Shown here: positions 18,583 to 26,687 of the stretch, piece by piece
Numbering within the stretch: position 1 is the stretch's first letter
How the letters are laid out: each line of letters opens with the position of its first letter
Assembly: GCA_039799905.1 (NCBI GenBank)
Contig: JBDLRP010000017.1
Location: forward strand, 1-28,160
Origin: Pseudomonadota bacterium
Lineage (GTDB): Bacteria > Bdellovibrionota_B > Oligoflexia > Silvanigrellales > Silvanigrellaceae
Direction of reading: 5' to 3'
Length of the DNA: 28,160 nt
Translations under genes and position numbers: made by a program
The notes under the pieces: model-generated
Databases searched by the model: none
The model's input: the letters and a program-made list of their open reading frames with translations, nothing else
What the model was told of the DNA's origin: nothing

Positions 18583-18870
18583 GGTTGTACCCCGCAAGTG
18601 TGACTGTTTCGTTTCTACAGGCACTCGATAGTGTTCGGCACTCGGTTAATTTTCGTTTTTCCACATAGATTCATCGTGCGACGGATGTACAGTCAGGACT
18701 ACTTCCCGCATTTCGCAGAAAAATAGAAACGAACGACTTTTCTTTGATTATTGATGAGATCTTCTGATCGGTGATTTGCAACTTCGTGCAGGAGAGAACT
18801 GTACAGCTGTTCTGTGTTAGTGTGACGGTACAGCTAATCAGTTAATAGTTTTTTGAACAAAAGAGAGAGG

Positions 18871-19497
18871 TTATTGTCCGATACAGAGCGAGCGATTTGC
18901 AAACAGAGGGCTTCCGGAATCGCGCCACAGGTACCGGGCGCTTGAATAACCTCCCGTGAAAACTGCATCAGAATACGGGAATTGCGTTTGCGAAATGGCA
19001 TCGGCCGAGAGATTTTTGCCATAGTCCTTGAACCAGTAGCGAATGTCAGAGTCACCCTGACGGATCGTCACGTAATACGCAAAGTCTTTGAGACGACGCT
19101 CGCCGATATCACTTCCGTATGTATTCCAGTTTTGCGTAAAAGCGATTTTGAGGCGCTGGCCGTCGATGGTCCGCTGTGCAGGAACAATCAGGCTTTCGTC
19201 TTCTTCGCCCCATTCGTCCGTGGTCTGCCGTCCATCTGGATGGCTGGTGATTTTTCGGTATTTTCCTGCGAAGTGAAAGTAAGCTCCGGCCTCAACAACG
19301 TTTTGATTCAGGTCGGGCCTCACAAGAAGTTGCGTGACGAGCTCATTTGACACGGCACCGTAGGCACTGGTGGTCACAACGGCGAAATCATCGACGATGA
19401 ATTCGCATTGACTCACATCCCGATCGTTGGCTGCCCACGCATTCGGTTGAGTGAGTGCAAAGAGAGGCAGGATCACAAAGAGAGGCCGCAGTTTCAT
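18871..19497 (-). CDS. Secreted hypothetical protein, ~208 aa
   Basis: GGAG RBS; signal MKLRPLFVILPLFALTQPNAWA; one Cys near each end of the mature chain (possible clamp disulfide). Confidence 0.8.
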   Translation of the reverse strand: MKLRPLFVILPLFALTQPNAWAANDRDVSQCEFIVDDFAVVTTSAYGAVSNELVTQLLVRPDLNQNVVEAGAYFHFAGKYRKITSHPDGRQTTDEWGEEDESLIVPAQRTIDGQRLKIAFTQNWNTYGSDIGERRLKDFAYYVTIRQGDSDIRYWFKDYGKNLSADAISQTQFPYSDAVFTGGYSSARYLWRDSGSPLFANRSLCIGQ

Positions 19498-19843
19498 GTG
19501 TGTTCTCCGTTGATGGGTGGCCGCTTCGAGAGCGGCGTCCCAGCCTGAGGGCATACGCGGCGGGTGGCAGATAATCCAAGCTCCGACAAGCCTCTGTTTG
19601 TGAAAGGAAGTATGGGCGATGGCAGGGTTTGGAGTTTGAGTCTTAAGTGTCCATAAAGAATAGATATTTAAGAGCTCAATTTGTAGAGGTCCGACGGCTG
19701 GGCGGCAGGTATTCTTGCTCGCTGCATTCTTGCGCTTGGGTATGCGGTGATCTGTGTGTCATTGCGACTATAAATGGGCCCAACCGGTCAAAGTCAAAAA
19801 CGTTGCTTGCAAAAATTTTAGGCAGATAGAAGCTGACTCGCTT

Positions 19844-20278
19844 CTAGCGATGCCTTTTCTTGTCGTCGGAATCCTTGTCGTCGTGATCGTGGTCGTCGTC
19901 ATTGTCGGGACATGGAGTTTTTGATGGGCTCGGGGATGGGCTCACTGTTGGTTTCGGCGAAGGTGAGGCTGTTGGTTTGGGCGAAGCCGTTGCCTCCGGT
20001 GAAGGTGAGGCTGTTGGTTTGGGCGAAGCCGTTGCCTCCGGTGAAGGTGAACTTGTTGCCTCTGGCGAAGGTGCGGCGGTCTGCACCGGCACAACGGCAG
20101 GGTTGATGCCCGTGCTATCGCCACTTTCACAGCCAATTTTCGTCAGTGGATTGCATCCCGTGTTTGGAATGCCCTGAGCAGACAATGAAGCAAGCTCGCC
20201 CTTGTCATATTTCGAGACAAAACGTCCGCACGAGGCGATGAAGAGTGATACACCCACACTTAAAAATAAATTTTTCAA
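19844..20278 (-). CDS. Lipoprotein with Pro/Ser/Thr repeat linker and Asp/His-rich C-terminus, ~144 aa
   Basis: TTG start with GGAG 8 nt upstream; lipobox FIAS|C; SPSPEATASPKPTA repeats; tail CPDNDDDHDHDDKDSDDKKRHR. Confidence 0.75.
   Translation of the reverse strand: MKNLFLSVGVSLFIASCGRFVSKYDKGELASLSAQGIPNTGCNPLTKIGCESGDSTGINPAVVPVQTAAPSPEATSSPSPEATASPKPTASPSPEATASPKPTASPSPKPTVSPSPSPSKTPCPDNDDDHDHDDKDSDDKKRHR
19959..20050. repeat. Perfect 42-bp coding tandem repeat (2.2 copies) with degenerate flanks
   Basis: GAAGGTGAGGCTGTTGGTTTGGGCGAAGCCGTTGCCTCCGGT at 19959-20000 and 20001-20042, plus a partial third copy. Confidence 0.95.
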
Positions 20279-20384
20279 TTTTACGCTCCAAAGACGCCGC
20301 AAAGCCTTTGCGGAAATACGTCGAACCAGACCGCGGGCAACGGTGAAAATTAACATTTCTATTACTAAACAAACCTCTAAGGCC

Positions 20385-20411
20385 TGTTCGGATTTTTCGC
20401 GTTTCCGCTTA
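20385..20411 (-). promoter_or_regulatory. Possible sigma28 (FliA)-like promoter
   Basis: Minus strand TAAG-N15-TCCGAACA versus consensus TAAA-N15-GCCGATAA, about 107 nt upstream of the 20278 start. Confidence 0.35.
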
Positions 20412-20690
20412 ACGAGTCGTTTTTTAGTCAGTAATTGCCGCGCCTTTAGAAAGCATGATTTGCAATTTTCGATTGATTTCTTTCACGATTTATTCGGGAA
20501 AAATGCATCTATCATCGTCGGGGAGAAATCCGAAAAATCTGTCCTATGCGTTAGACGTCAGTTTAAACTTGCAAAATTACATTGAAAATAGGTTTCTCTC
20601 ACCAATCGATGTTGAGCTGCCGATATGCTGCATTGAAAGGAACGAGGCACGAACCGAACTTTTGAGATGAGCCTCGTTGTGGTGTTTTAA

Positions 20691-20963
20691 ATGCGTATTT
20701 GGAAGATTGCTTTGTTTATGATGTTCGCCTCAGGTTCAGCACAAGCTCGTGAAGCATGTAAAGAATTTAATCTTCGTTACGAGCGTCAGTACAATTGTCC
20801 TGACGGTTCGATCAAAAAGATCGAGGTTGCGTCGCAGCAATTGATCGTCCGCACATTCCACCCTGAAACCAAGCAATGGACCGAGGAGCGTTTCCGGGTC
20901 AGCGAGGGAATCACTCTCGATTCCATCAACGTATCTGTTATGTTGAATCATTCGGTTGAATGA
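20691..20963 (+). CDS. Small secreted protein, 90 aa
   Basis: Signal MRIWKIALFMMFASGSAQA; two Cys in the mature part; weak RBS (TGGTG). Confidence 0.65.
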   Translation: MRIWKIALFMMFASGSAQAREACKEFNLRYERQYNCPDGSIKKIEVASQQLIVRTFHPETKQWTEERFRVSEGITLDSINVSVMLNHSVE

Positions 20964-21012
20964 ACGTATCCTCATCGGTACGGGCGAAACTTCAAACAGG
21001 AGTTGCAAACCG

Positions 21013-21447
21013 ATGAGAATTCTACGCAGGCGCGTGAGCGCGGTTGTCGTACACAACAACCATCTTCTTGGTTTTCACGCAGAGGATCCCTACTCCGGCC
21101 GTCGGTACTTTTTCATTCCGGGCGGTCGGATCGAGGAAGGTGAATCACCTTCAAAGGCTGCAGTCAGAGAGACACTCGAAGAAACCGGTTACCAAATTGA
21201 TGTTCTCGATGAGCCTACCATCATCAGGCGTTATGACTTTGAATGGGACGGTGTCCTGAACGATTGCGAGACTGTCTTCGTTGTCGGTCGGCTTTTGAGT
21301 CTGACGCCATCTGCAGTTGATGACGCAGCTTACCACCGCGGGGTTGTGTGGATTCCACTTTCAACTGTCGCCGACACTCTTGCCTACCACAATGATATCC
21401 GCGAACCCGTTGAAGAGCTCTGCAAAAGGTCATCAAAATTTTTTTGA
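21013..21447 (+). CDS. NUDIX hydrolase
   Basis: Nudix box GGRIEEGESPSKAAVRETLEETGY; AGGAG RBS before ATG 21013. Confidence 0.92.
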   Translation: MRILRRRVSAVVVHNNHLLGFHAEDPYSGRRYFFIPGGRIEEGESPSKAAVRETLEETGYQIDVLDEPTIIRRYDFEWDGVLNDCETVFVVGRLLSLTPSAVDDAAYHRGVVWIPLSTVADTLAYHNDIREPVEELCKRSSKFF

Positions 21448-21526
21448 TGCGATAATTTGGCTTTGCCTGCCGTTCTGATACCGTTCAACCATTCTTTTTT
21501 CGAAATATTTATCAGCGTGGTGCCTC

Positions 21527-23155
21527 ATGAGCCTGAAAGCTGCGGTTGTGGGTGTTGTTCTGGCAGGAGAATTATTCACCGGCAGTGCACGCGCTGCATG
21601 CTTTCCTCCCAACAAATTGCACCTCCAGCCGATACCTCACGAACGTTCAAACATTTCGCAGGCTCAATTCAATTCCATCATCAGAAAAGCAGAAGACATC
21701 TATGCGCCGGTATTTCGCGCGCACAGGGCAACTCTAAAGATATATCGTTATTGGGATGACGATACCGTCAATGCGAGCGCGAACCAAAGTGGCTCATTGT
21801 GGGAAGTGAATATGTACGGTGGCCTTGCGCGACGTCCTGAAGTCACTCCCGATGGATTTACGATGGTTCTGTGTCACGAGCTGGGGCATCATCTGGGCGG
21901 TTTTTCCTTTTACAACGATGACGAATCGACGTGGGCTGCAAATGAAGGGCAATCCGATTATTTTGCCACACAGGCCTGCGCCCGCGAGATGTGGAAAGAC
22001 GAACCGGAAGAAAATACAAAGGCGCGCAAAACAGTGAAGCCCTTTGCAAAAAAAGTGTGTGACACGAATTTCACTCTGCAGCCCGAGCGGGACATTTGTT
22101 ACCGGACTTCGATGGCAGGATTGTCGCTGGCAACCCTTCTGGCAAAACTGCGCAAAGCTCCTGCGCCGAAGTTCGAGACCCCCGATACATCAATCGTCGA
22201 TGTGACTTTTGATGAACACCCTGACTCGCAGTGCCGTTTGGACACTTACGTTGCGGGTTCGCTTTGCAGTGTGCCCTTCAAAATGGGTGTAATTCCGGCA
22301 AAGAGACTGTCCAACAAGTTTGGCGCAGAGGCAGAACGGGAGGCAGGAAAGTCATCATGCTTGGCTCGTGACGGCTGGTTGAGTGCCCAGCGTCCGCGCT
22401 GCTGGTTCAAACCGCTTTTTGAATTCGACGGACTCATCGCTCAAAAAGCGGAGTGGGCAGACTCTTCGGGTAATGCACGTGCTGAGCCCGGTGAGCAGAT
22501 GAGCCTCAATATGCCATTAAGTAACAAGTTAACCGCCATCAGCGAGCAGGTCACGGGGGAGCTCTTCAGCCGCACGGCAGGTGTGACAGTTTTGAATCCT
22601 AAAGTTCGTTATTCGGATATTCCATCGGGAACGATTGTCGAACAAAGCGAACCTTTCCGCATTCAGATTGCTCAGGACTTTAGTTGTGGCCACCCCTTTG
22701 AACTTATCTTTCGCGCCAGCGCAAAGACAGGTGCCCGTGAGTTTCCGATCCGTTGGCACACAGGCCCAAAGATCGCCGCGGATGTGATTTTGGGGAGATC
22801 GCTGCGTGATGTTAGGGTTCCGGACTCTCCTGGGGAGGGAGTTTCAATTTCATTCAAGAGCAGCACCACAGTTTCTGCGCAATGGCTCGCTTTGGATTTG
22901 GAAGTGGAAGGGATTTATCCGGAGGAGAACGACTACCGATTGGTCCTGCCGGACGGCTCGGAGTTAAACGTTGACGTTGGCGGGTTGTTTGAGTCGGGCT
23001 CAAAGGCGACGGCCAGCATTAAGCTGCCCCGCCGGATGCCCTTGGCGGGTGATTGGGTGTTGAAGATCCGCGACTTGCAAGAAGACGATACTGTTGTTTT
23101 GAAGAGCGTTCGGTTGCGGGCGCCGCTTGCCGAGGCCGTTCGCTGCAGCCCCTGA
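21527..23155 (+). CDS. Secreted Cys-rich zinc metallopeptidase (M48-like gluzincin) with C-terminal accessory domains
   Basis: Signal peptide; VNASA strand, CHELGHHLGG, NEGQSDY, HP motif; DSSGNARAEPGE module; P-domain-like end (LVLPDG...GDWVLKIRD). Confidence 0.8.
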   Translation: MSLKAAVVGVVLAGELFTGSARAACFPPNKLHLQPIPHERSNISQAQFNSIIRKAEDIYAPVFRAHRATLKIYRYWDDDTVNASANQSGSLWEVNMYGGLARRPEVTPDGFTMVLCHELGHHLGGFSFYNDDESTWAANEGQSDYFATQACAREMWKDEPEENTKARKTVKPFAKKVCDTNFTLQPERDICYRTSMAGLSLATLLAKLRKAPAPKFETPDTSIVDVTFDEHPDSQCRLDTYVAGSLCSVPFKMGVIPAKRLSNKFGAEAEREAGKSSCLARDGWLSAQRPRCWFKPLFEFDGLIAQKAEWADSSGNARAEPGEQMSLNMPLSNKLTAISEQVTGELFSRTAGVTVLNPKVRYSDIPSGTIVEQSEPFRIQIAQDFSCGHPFELIFRASAKTGAREFPIRWHTGPKIAADVILGRSLRDVRVPDSPGEGVSISFKSSTTVSAQWLALDLEVEGIYPEENDYRLVLPDGSELNVDVGGLFESGSKATASIKLPRRMPLAGDWVLKIRDLQEDDTVVLKSVRLRAPLAEAVRCSP

Positions 23156-23227
23156 AATAAGAATGTTCTTGACCGTGTGGGGAGTCTGTGGAACCTAAGC
23201 CACAGCATTGCGGCAAAAGTTGTTGCA

Positions 23228-24892
23228 ATGACAACCTTTTTAGTTCCTTCCAGCCGCGAAGCGAACGCCACGGAAAGACCATTTGTGAATACAACCGAAA
23301 TCCCCAATGAACTTGCAGATCTGAGTGAAGGCAAAAGCAAAAAGACATCCGCTTGGGATAGCTTTGAACCTTTGCCTTCAGCGTTGCGCGAGAATCTTGC
23401 TGGTCAGGGGATCACTCAACCGACCGTGATTCAGGCGCAGGCGATTCCTGCGGCCTTGACCGGCCGAGATGTTCTTGCGCAGTCGAGCACGGGGTCGGGC
23501 AAGACTTTGGCTTTCTCGTTGCCAGTGGCCATGCGCCTGAAAAAGCACGGCAAGCTGCGCGCACTCATTCTGACTCCGACCCGTGAGCTTGCGACCCAGG
23601 TCGCCACAGTTCTTGACTCTACGGTCTCGGCGCTGGGTCTGCGCACTTTGGCAATCACCGGTGGCTCGAGTTACTCACGTCAAAAGCGTGCTCTTAACGA
23701 TGGTGTTGATATTGTCGTCGCAACGCCGGGTCGCATGAACGATTTGCTCGACCAAGGTTCGCTGAGTCTCGAAGCTGTTGAATCCTTCGTCCTCGACGAA
23801 GTCGATCAGATGCTCGATTTTGGCTTCAAGGACGATCTTGAAAAAATCCGCACCCAGTTGTCGCCCTCTGTTCAAACGTTGTTTTTCTCGGCGACGCTCA
23901 GTTCAGAAATCCGTTCGATGGCGCGCAAGCTCCTGAAGAATCCGCTCGAAGTAAACATCGTTGCTTCCTCGGGACAGTCGCCCTCCACCATCCGCCACGG
24001 CTATTTGGAAGTGCGCGGCCATTCAGAGCAAAAGGCGCTCATCAATGCACTTTTGTTCCACAATCCAACGCAGGCAATGGTTTTCTGCAAGACCCGCCAG
24101 GAGTGCGGCGATCTTTGTGAAGCACTTCTTCAGCGTGGATTTGATGCCGCCGCACTGCATGGCGACCTCACGCAGGTTGAGCGCAATCAGACGATGGACC
24201 GTTTCCGTGAAAAGAAACTCAAATTTTTGATTGCCACCAACGTCGCCGCGCGCGGAATTGACGTTCAGGATCTGCCATTGGTGGTGAACTTCAATGTTCC
24301 GTTCGATACAGAAAGCTACACGCACCGTGTTGGTCGCACCGGACGAAATGGTGCTGAGGGTCAGGCGTGGACAATCGTTACGCCAAGTTCATGCCGTGCG
24401 TATGAATCCATGATGCGCCAAATGAAGTTGCGTCCCGAGTTGATTGCCGTGCCAAGTTGCTCTGAGGTCATCCACCGTTCGGCGGACGGGCTTTTGCGCG
24501 ACTTGCGTGAACCACGCGGAAAATCGGTGAGCAAAACAATCGAAAAAGCTGTCGAGAAGAATTTCACAGAACTGAGCAGTGAAGAAAAAGATGCAATCCT
24601 TAAAGAGATGCTCACCCGTTCTCTCGAAAAGCTGAATGTTTATTATCACGATGACATGATCTGTCATAAACCGCTGGTCAGGCTCAACGCACCTGAACTT
24701 GAAAAGAAGCCACGCTTTTCTGGCGACTCCAAGCGTCCTGACTTCAAAAAAAGCGGCCGGTTCGGAAAACCGGCGCGCGGCGATTTCAAGTTTAAACCTA
24801 AGTCCGATGCGAAGCCTCAGGGTAAGCCATTTGCAAAGCCTCAGGGCAAGCCATTTGCAAAGCCTCAGGGTAAGCCCAAGGCGAAGGTCTGA
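23228..24892 (+). CDS. DEAD-box RNA helicase
   Basis: Q motif PTVIQ, TGSGKT, PTRELA, TPGR, DEVD, SAT, ARGID, HRVGRTGR. Start uncertain (ATG 23228 or GTG 23285). Confidence 0.95.
   Translation: MTTFLVPSSREANATERPFVNTTEIPNELADLSEGKSKKTSAWDSFEPLPSALRENLAGQGITQPTVIQAQAIPAALTGRDVLAQSSTGSGKTLAFSLPVAMRLKKHGKLRALILTPTRELATQVATVLDSTVSALGLRTLAITGGSSYSRQKRALNDGVDIVVATPGRMNDLLDQGSLSLEAVESFVLDEVDQMLDFGFKDDLEKIRTQLSPSVQTLFFSATLSSEIRSMARKLLKNPLEVNIVASSGQSPSTIRHGYLEVRGHSEQKALINALLFHNPTQAMVFCKTRQECGDLCEALLQRGFDAAALHGDLTQVERNQTMDRFREKKLKFLIATNVAARGIDVQDLPLVVNFNVPFDTESYTHRVGRTGRNGAEGQAWTIVTPSSCRAYESMMRQMKLRPELIAVPSCSEVIHRSADGLLRDLREPRGKSVSKTIEKAVEKNFTELSSEEKDAILKEMLTRSLEKLNVYYHDDMICHKPLVRLNAPELEKKPRFSGDSKRPDFKKSGRFGKPARGDFKFKPKSDAKPQGKPFAKPQGKPFAKPQGKPKAKV
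24809..24876 (+). repeat. 24-bp coding tandem repeat (~2.8 copies) encoding AKPQGKPF
   Basis: GCGAAGCCTCAGGGTAAGCCATTT / GCAAAGCCTCAGGGCAAGCCATTT / GCAAAGCCTCAGGGTAAGCC. Confidence 0.92.
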
Positions 24893-24895
24893 ATT

Positions 24896-25687
24896 TTAAA
24901 GGGCAGCAGCGGTTGCGGGTTGAAGCTGTTTTGCTTCACTCGTGCCCCTGTTCGCACCCTGACTGTCCTCTGCCTGTGCAAACAAATGCGAAATTCCTTC
25001 CAGTGACTCAAGTGGAATTTGAGCTGTCAGGCGGCCCGAACCTGCAGGAACACTCAGACTGCTGAGTTCTTTTGCCTGCGCTGCCGAGCCTGATCCAACA
25101 ATCTTCACAGTTTTTCCGCACGGACGTTCTTCACCGCTCAACGGACGCGATTGCACGGTGACGGTGAGCGAATTCGCCGATTTTGCGCCGAGAGAAAGAA
25201 ATACCTTGCAGTTTTGTCCATCGACGCTCGGCAGTTTGCTGGATGCGTTGGCGTCACCAGAGCATGACACGCTGGAAAGACGAACGGGCGCGTGGCCTGA
25301 GCGGTCAACACCAATCACTTTTGCAGCACCATAAGCCAAGTCGATAATACGCCCATGAACGTATGGGCCGCGGTCGTTGATGCGCACACGGACTGATTTG
25401 TTGTTGTTCAGGTTGGTCACCAAAACGCATGTGCCGAAACGCAAGGTTTTGTGCGCTGCTGTAAGGCCATAGGCGTTCAAGGCCTCACCGTTCGCAGTTC
25501 TGGCGCCATGCAAGCCGTCACCGTGTCCATAATATGAAGCATCACCGGTTTGTGTGAAGCCACCAGAGCTCAGCGTCTCTGCATCACCAACGCCTTCTGA
25601 AGACGTGTTGTTGTTTGTTCCGCAAGCTGCAAGAGCGACAGTGAGAGCAAAAGACACAGACGCGAATGCACGATAAATCGTCTTCAT
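24896..25687 (-). CDS. rlpA: RlpA-family (DPBB) lytic transglycosylase lipoprotein with a non-SPOR C-terminal domain
   Basis: Lipobox LAA|C; GDASYYG, TANGE, TAAHKTL, VRINDRGPY, RIIDL. Confidence 0.9.
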   Translation of the reverse strand: MKTIYRAFASVSFALTVALAACGTNNNTSSEGVGDAETLSSGGFTQTGDASYYGHGDGLHGARTANGEALNAYGLTAAHKTLRFGTCVLVTNLNNNKSVRVRINDRGPYVHGRIIDLAYGAAKVIGVDRSGHAPVRLSSVSCSGDANASSKLPSVDGQNCKVFLSLGAKSANSLTVTVQSRPLSGEERPCGKTVKIVGSGSAAQAKELSSLSVPAGSGRLTAQIPLESLEGISHLFAQAEDSQGANRGTSEAKQLQPATAAAL

Positions 25688-25726
25688 AAAAACCCCCGAA
25701 TAAATGAATTTGCATAACGGGTTTTA

Positions 25727-25742
25727 AGCAAACCCCGTGCCG
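25727..25742 (-). promoter_or_regulatory. Sigma54 -24/-12 promoter for rlpA
   Basis: Minus strand CGGCAC-GGGGT-TTGCT, 39 nt upstream of the ATG. Confidence 0.65.
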
Positions 25743-25906
25743 CTCGGTGTTGGCCTTGCGAAAGACGAATTCATTAGTAGTTCATGTTGGTTATCCAAAT
25801 GTTTCGGCGATTTTTGCAGTGTGAATGATTGTCAAAGGAATCGACATTATGGATTTTTGTGCAAAGCCTGTGCGGCTCACGCAAACGAATCTGTTGGTTT
25901 TTTTTC

Positions 25907-25922
25907 TGGCACTGGCTTTGCT
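25907..25922 (+). promoter_or_regulatory. Sigma54 -24/-12 promoter for the lipoprotein at 25954
   Basis: TGGCAC-TGGCT-TTGCT, a full consensus match 31 nt upstream of the ATG. Confidence 0.7.
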
Positions 25923-25953
25923 CTGCCTCGCGTAGCGTTCTCAAGGGGGGCCT

Positions 25954-26649
25954 ATGCGTGCGCTGCTGACTGGTATCTTTACATCGATATTTGTTCTGGC
26001 CGCATGTCATCCGGTCGGAAGCGAATCAGCGTCTGAAACTCTTGCAACAACGTCAGCACCGCTTCCGATTATCGGAACATGGAAGGCAACCGACGTCTGG
26101 GGCTCAGTCGAAGAAAATGGCGGCGAGCGGAAGGCTGTGCGAGCAAATGCGAAAGATTTGCAGAGCGGTTTGTGGCGCGTCAAACTTGAAATTGACTCGC
26201 AGGGAATTGGTCTGATTCAGGGACTCGTTAGTTGCCGCGGACCTGTGAATGTGAACTCGACTCCAAATAGAATTCAATCGACGTCAGTGATGAATGCGAT
26301 TTTCGGACTGCTCAGCCTGCCGAATCTCGTGAAGCGCACGATCGACGGATTTGACTGCGCAAAATCTCCGGATGGAGCAATATCAAGTATGCTTTCTGTT
26401 GTTCCGTCAGGAAATATGTTTGGTCAACGACACACTTCACTTGCAAAGAATTTGGGAGTCTTCGGCGAAGGAAAGAGCCTACATGCGGCCGACAATGAAT
26501 GCCGAAAATTGCGTGGCGTCAGATTTGTCAATGTGAAGGATTCATCTGCGTGCGTTGGATTCACAGATGCAAAGGCAAACAACATTCGCTTTCTCATTCT
26601 TCCCCCCGGCGAGATTTATGCCGTGCGGGTGAATTTAACCAGAGACTGA
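25954..26649 (+). CDS. Hypothetical lipoprotein, 231 aa
   Basis: AAGGGGGG RBS; lipobox VLAA|C; IIGTWK (a GxW motif like that of lipocalin barrels); four further Cys. Confidence 0.82.
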   Translation: MRALLTGIFTSIFVLAACHPVGSESASETLATTSAPLPIIGTWKATDVWGSVEENGGERKAVRANAKDLQSGLWRVKLEIDSQGIGLIQGLVSCRGPVNVNSTPNRIQSTSVMNAIFGLLSLPNLVKRTIDGFDCAKSPDGAISSMLSVVPSGNMFGQRHTSLAKNLGVFGEGKSLHAADNECRKLRGVRFVNVKDSSACVGFTDAKANNIRFLILPPGEIYAVRVNLTRD

Positions 26650-26687
26650 TTCAAAGATTGAATTTGCACTTTTCAAGGCTTTGAGCA

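Noticed and set aside
19959..20050. Tandem repeats as a possible CRISPR array (also 24809-24876)
   Set aside because: No spacers, unit lengths are multiples of 3 within CDSs, and there are no cas genes.
20619..20626. GCCGATAT, sigma28 -10-like
   Set aside because: No TAAA-like -35 element at 15-nt spacing.
25737..26036. Cys-rich 99-aa ORF in the rlpA divergent region as a possible RiPP precursor
   Set aside because: No RBS or signal peptide; it runs across the sigma54 promoters and overlaps the lipoprotein gene out of frame.
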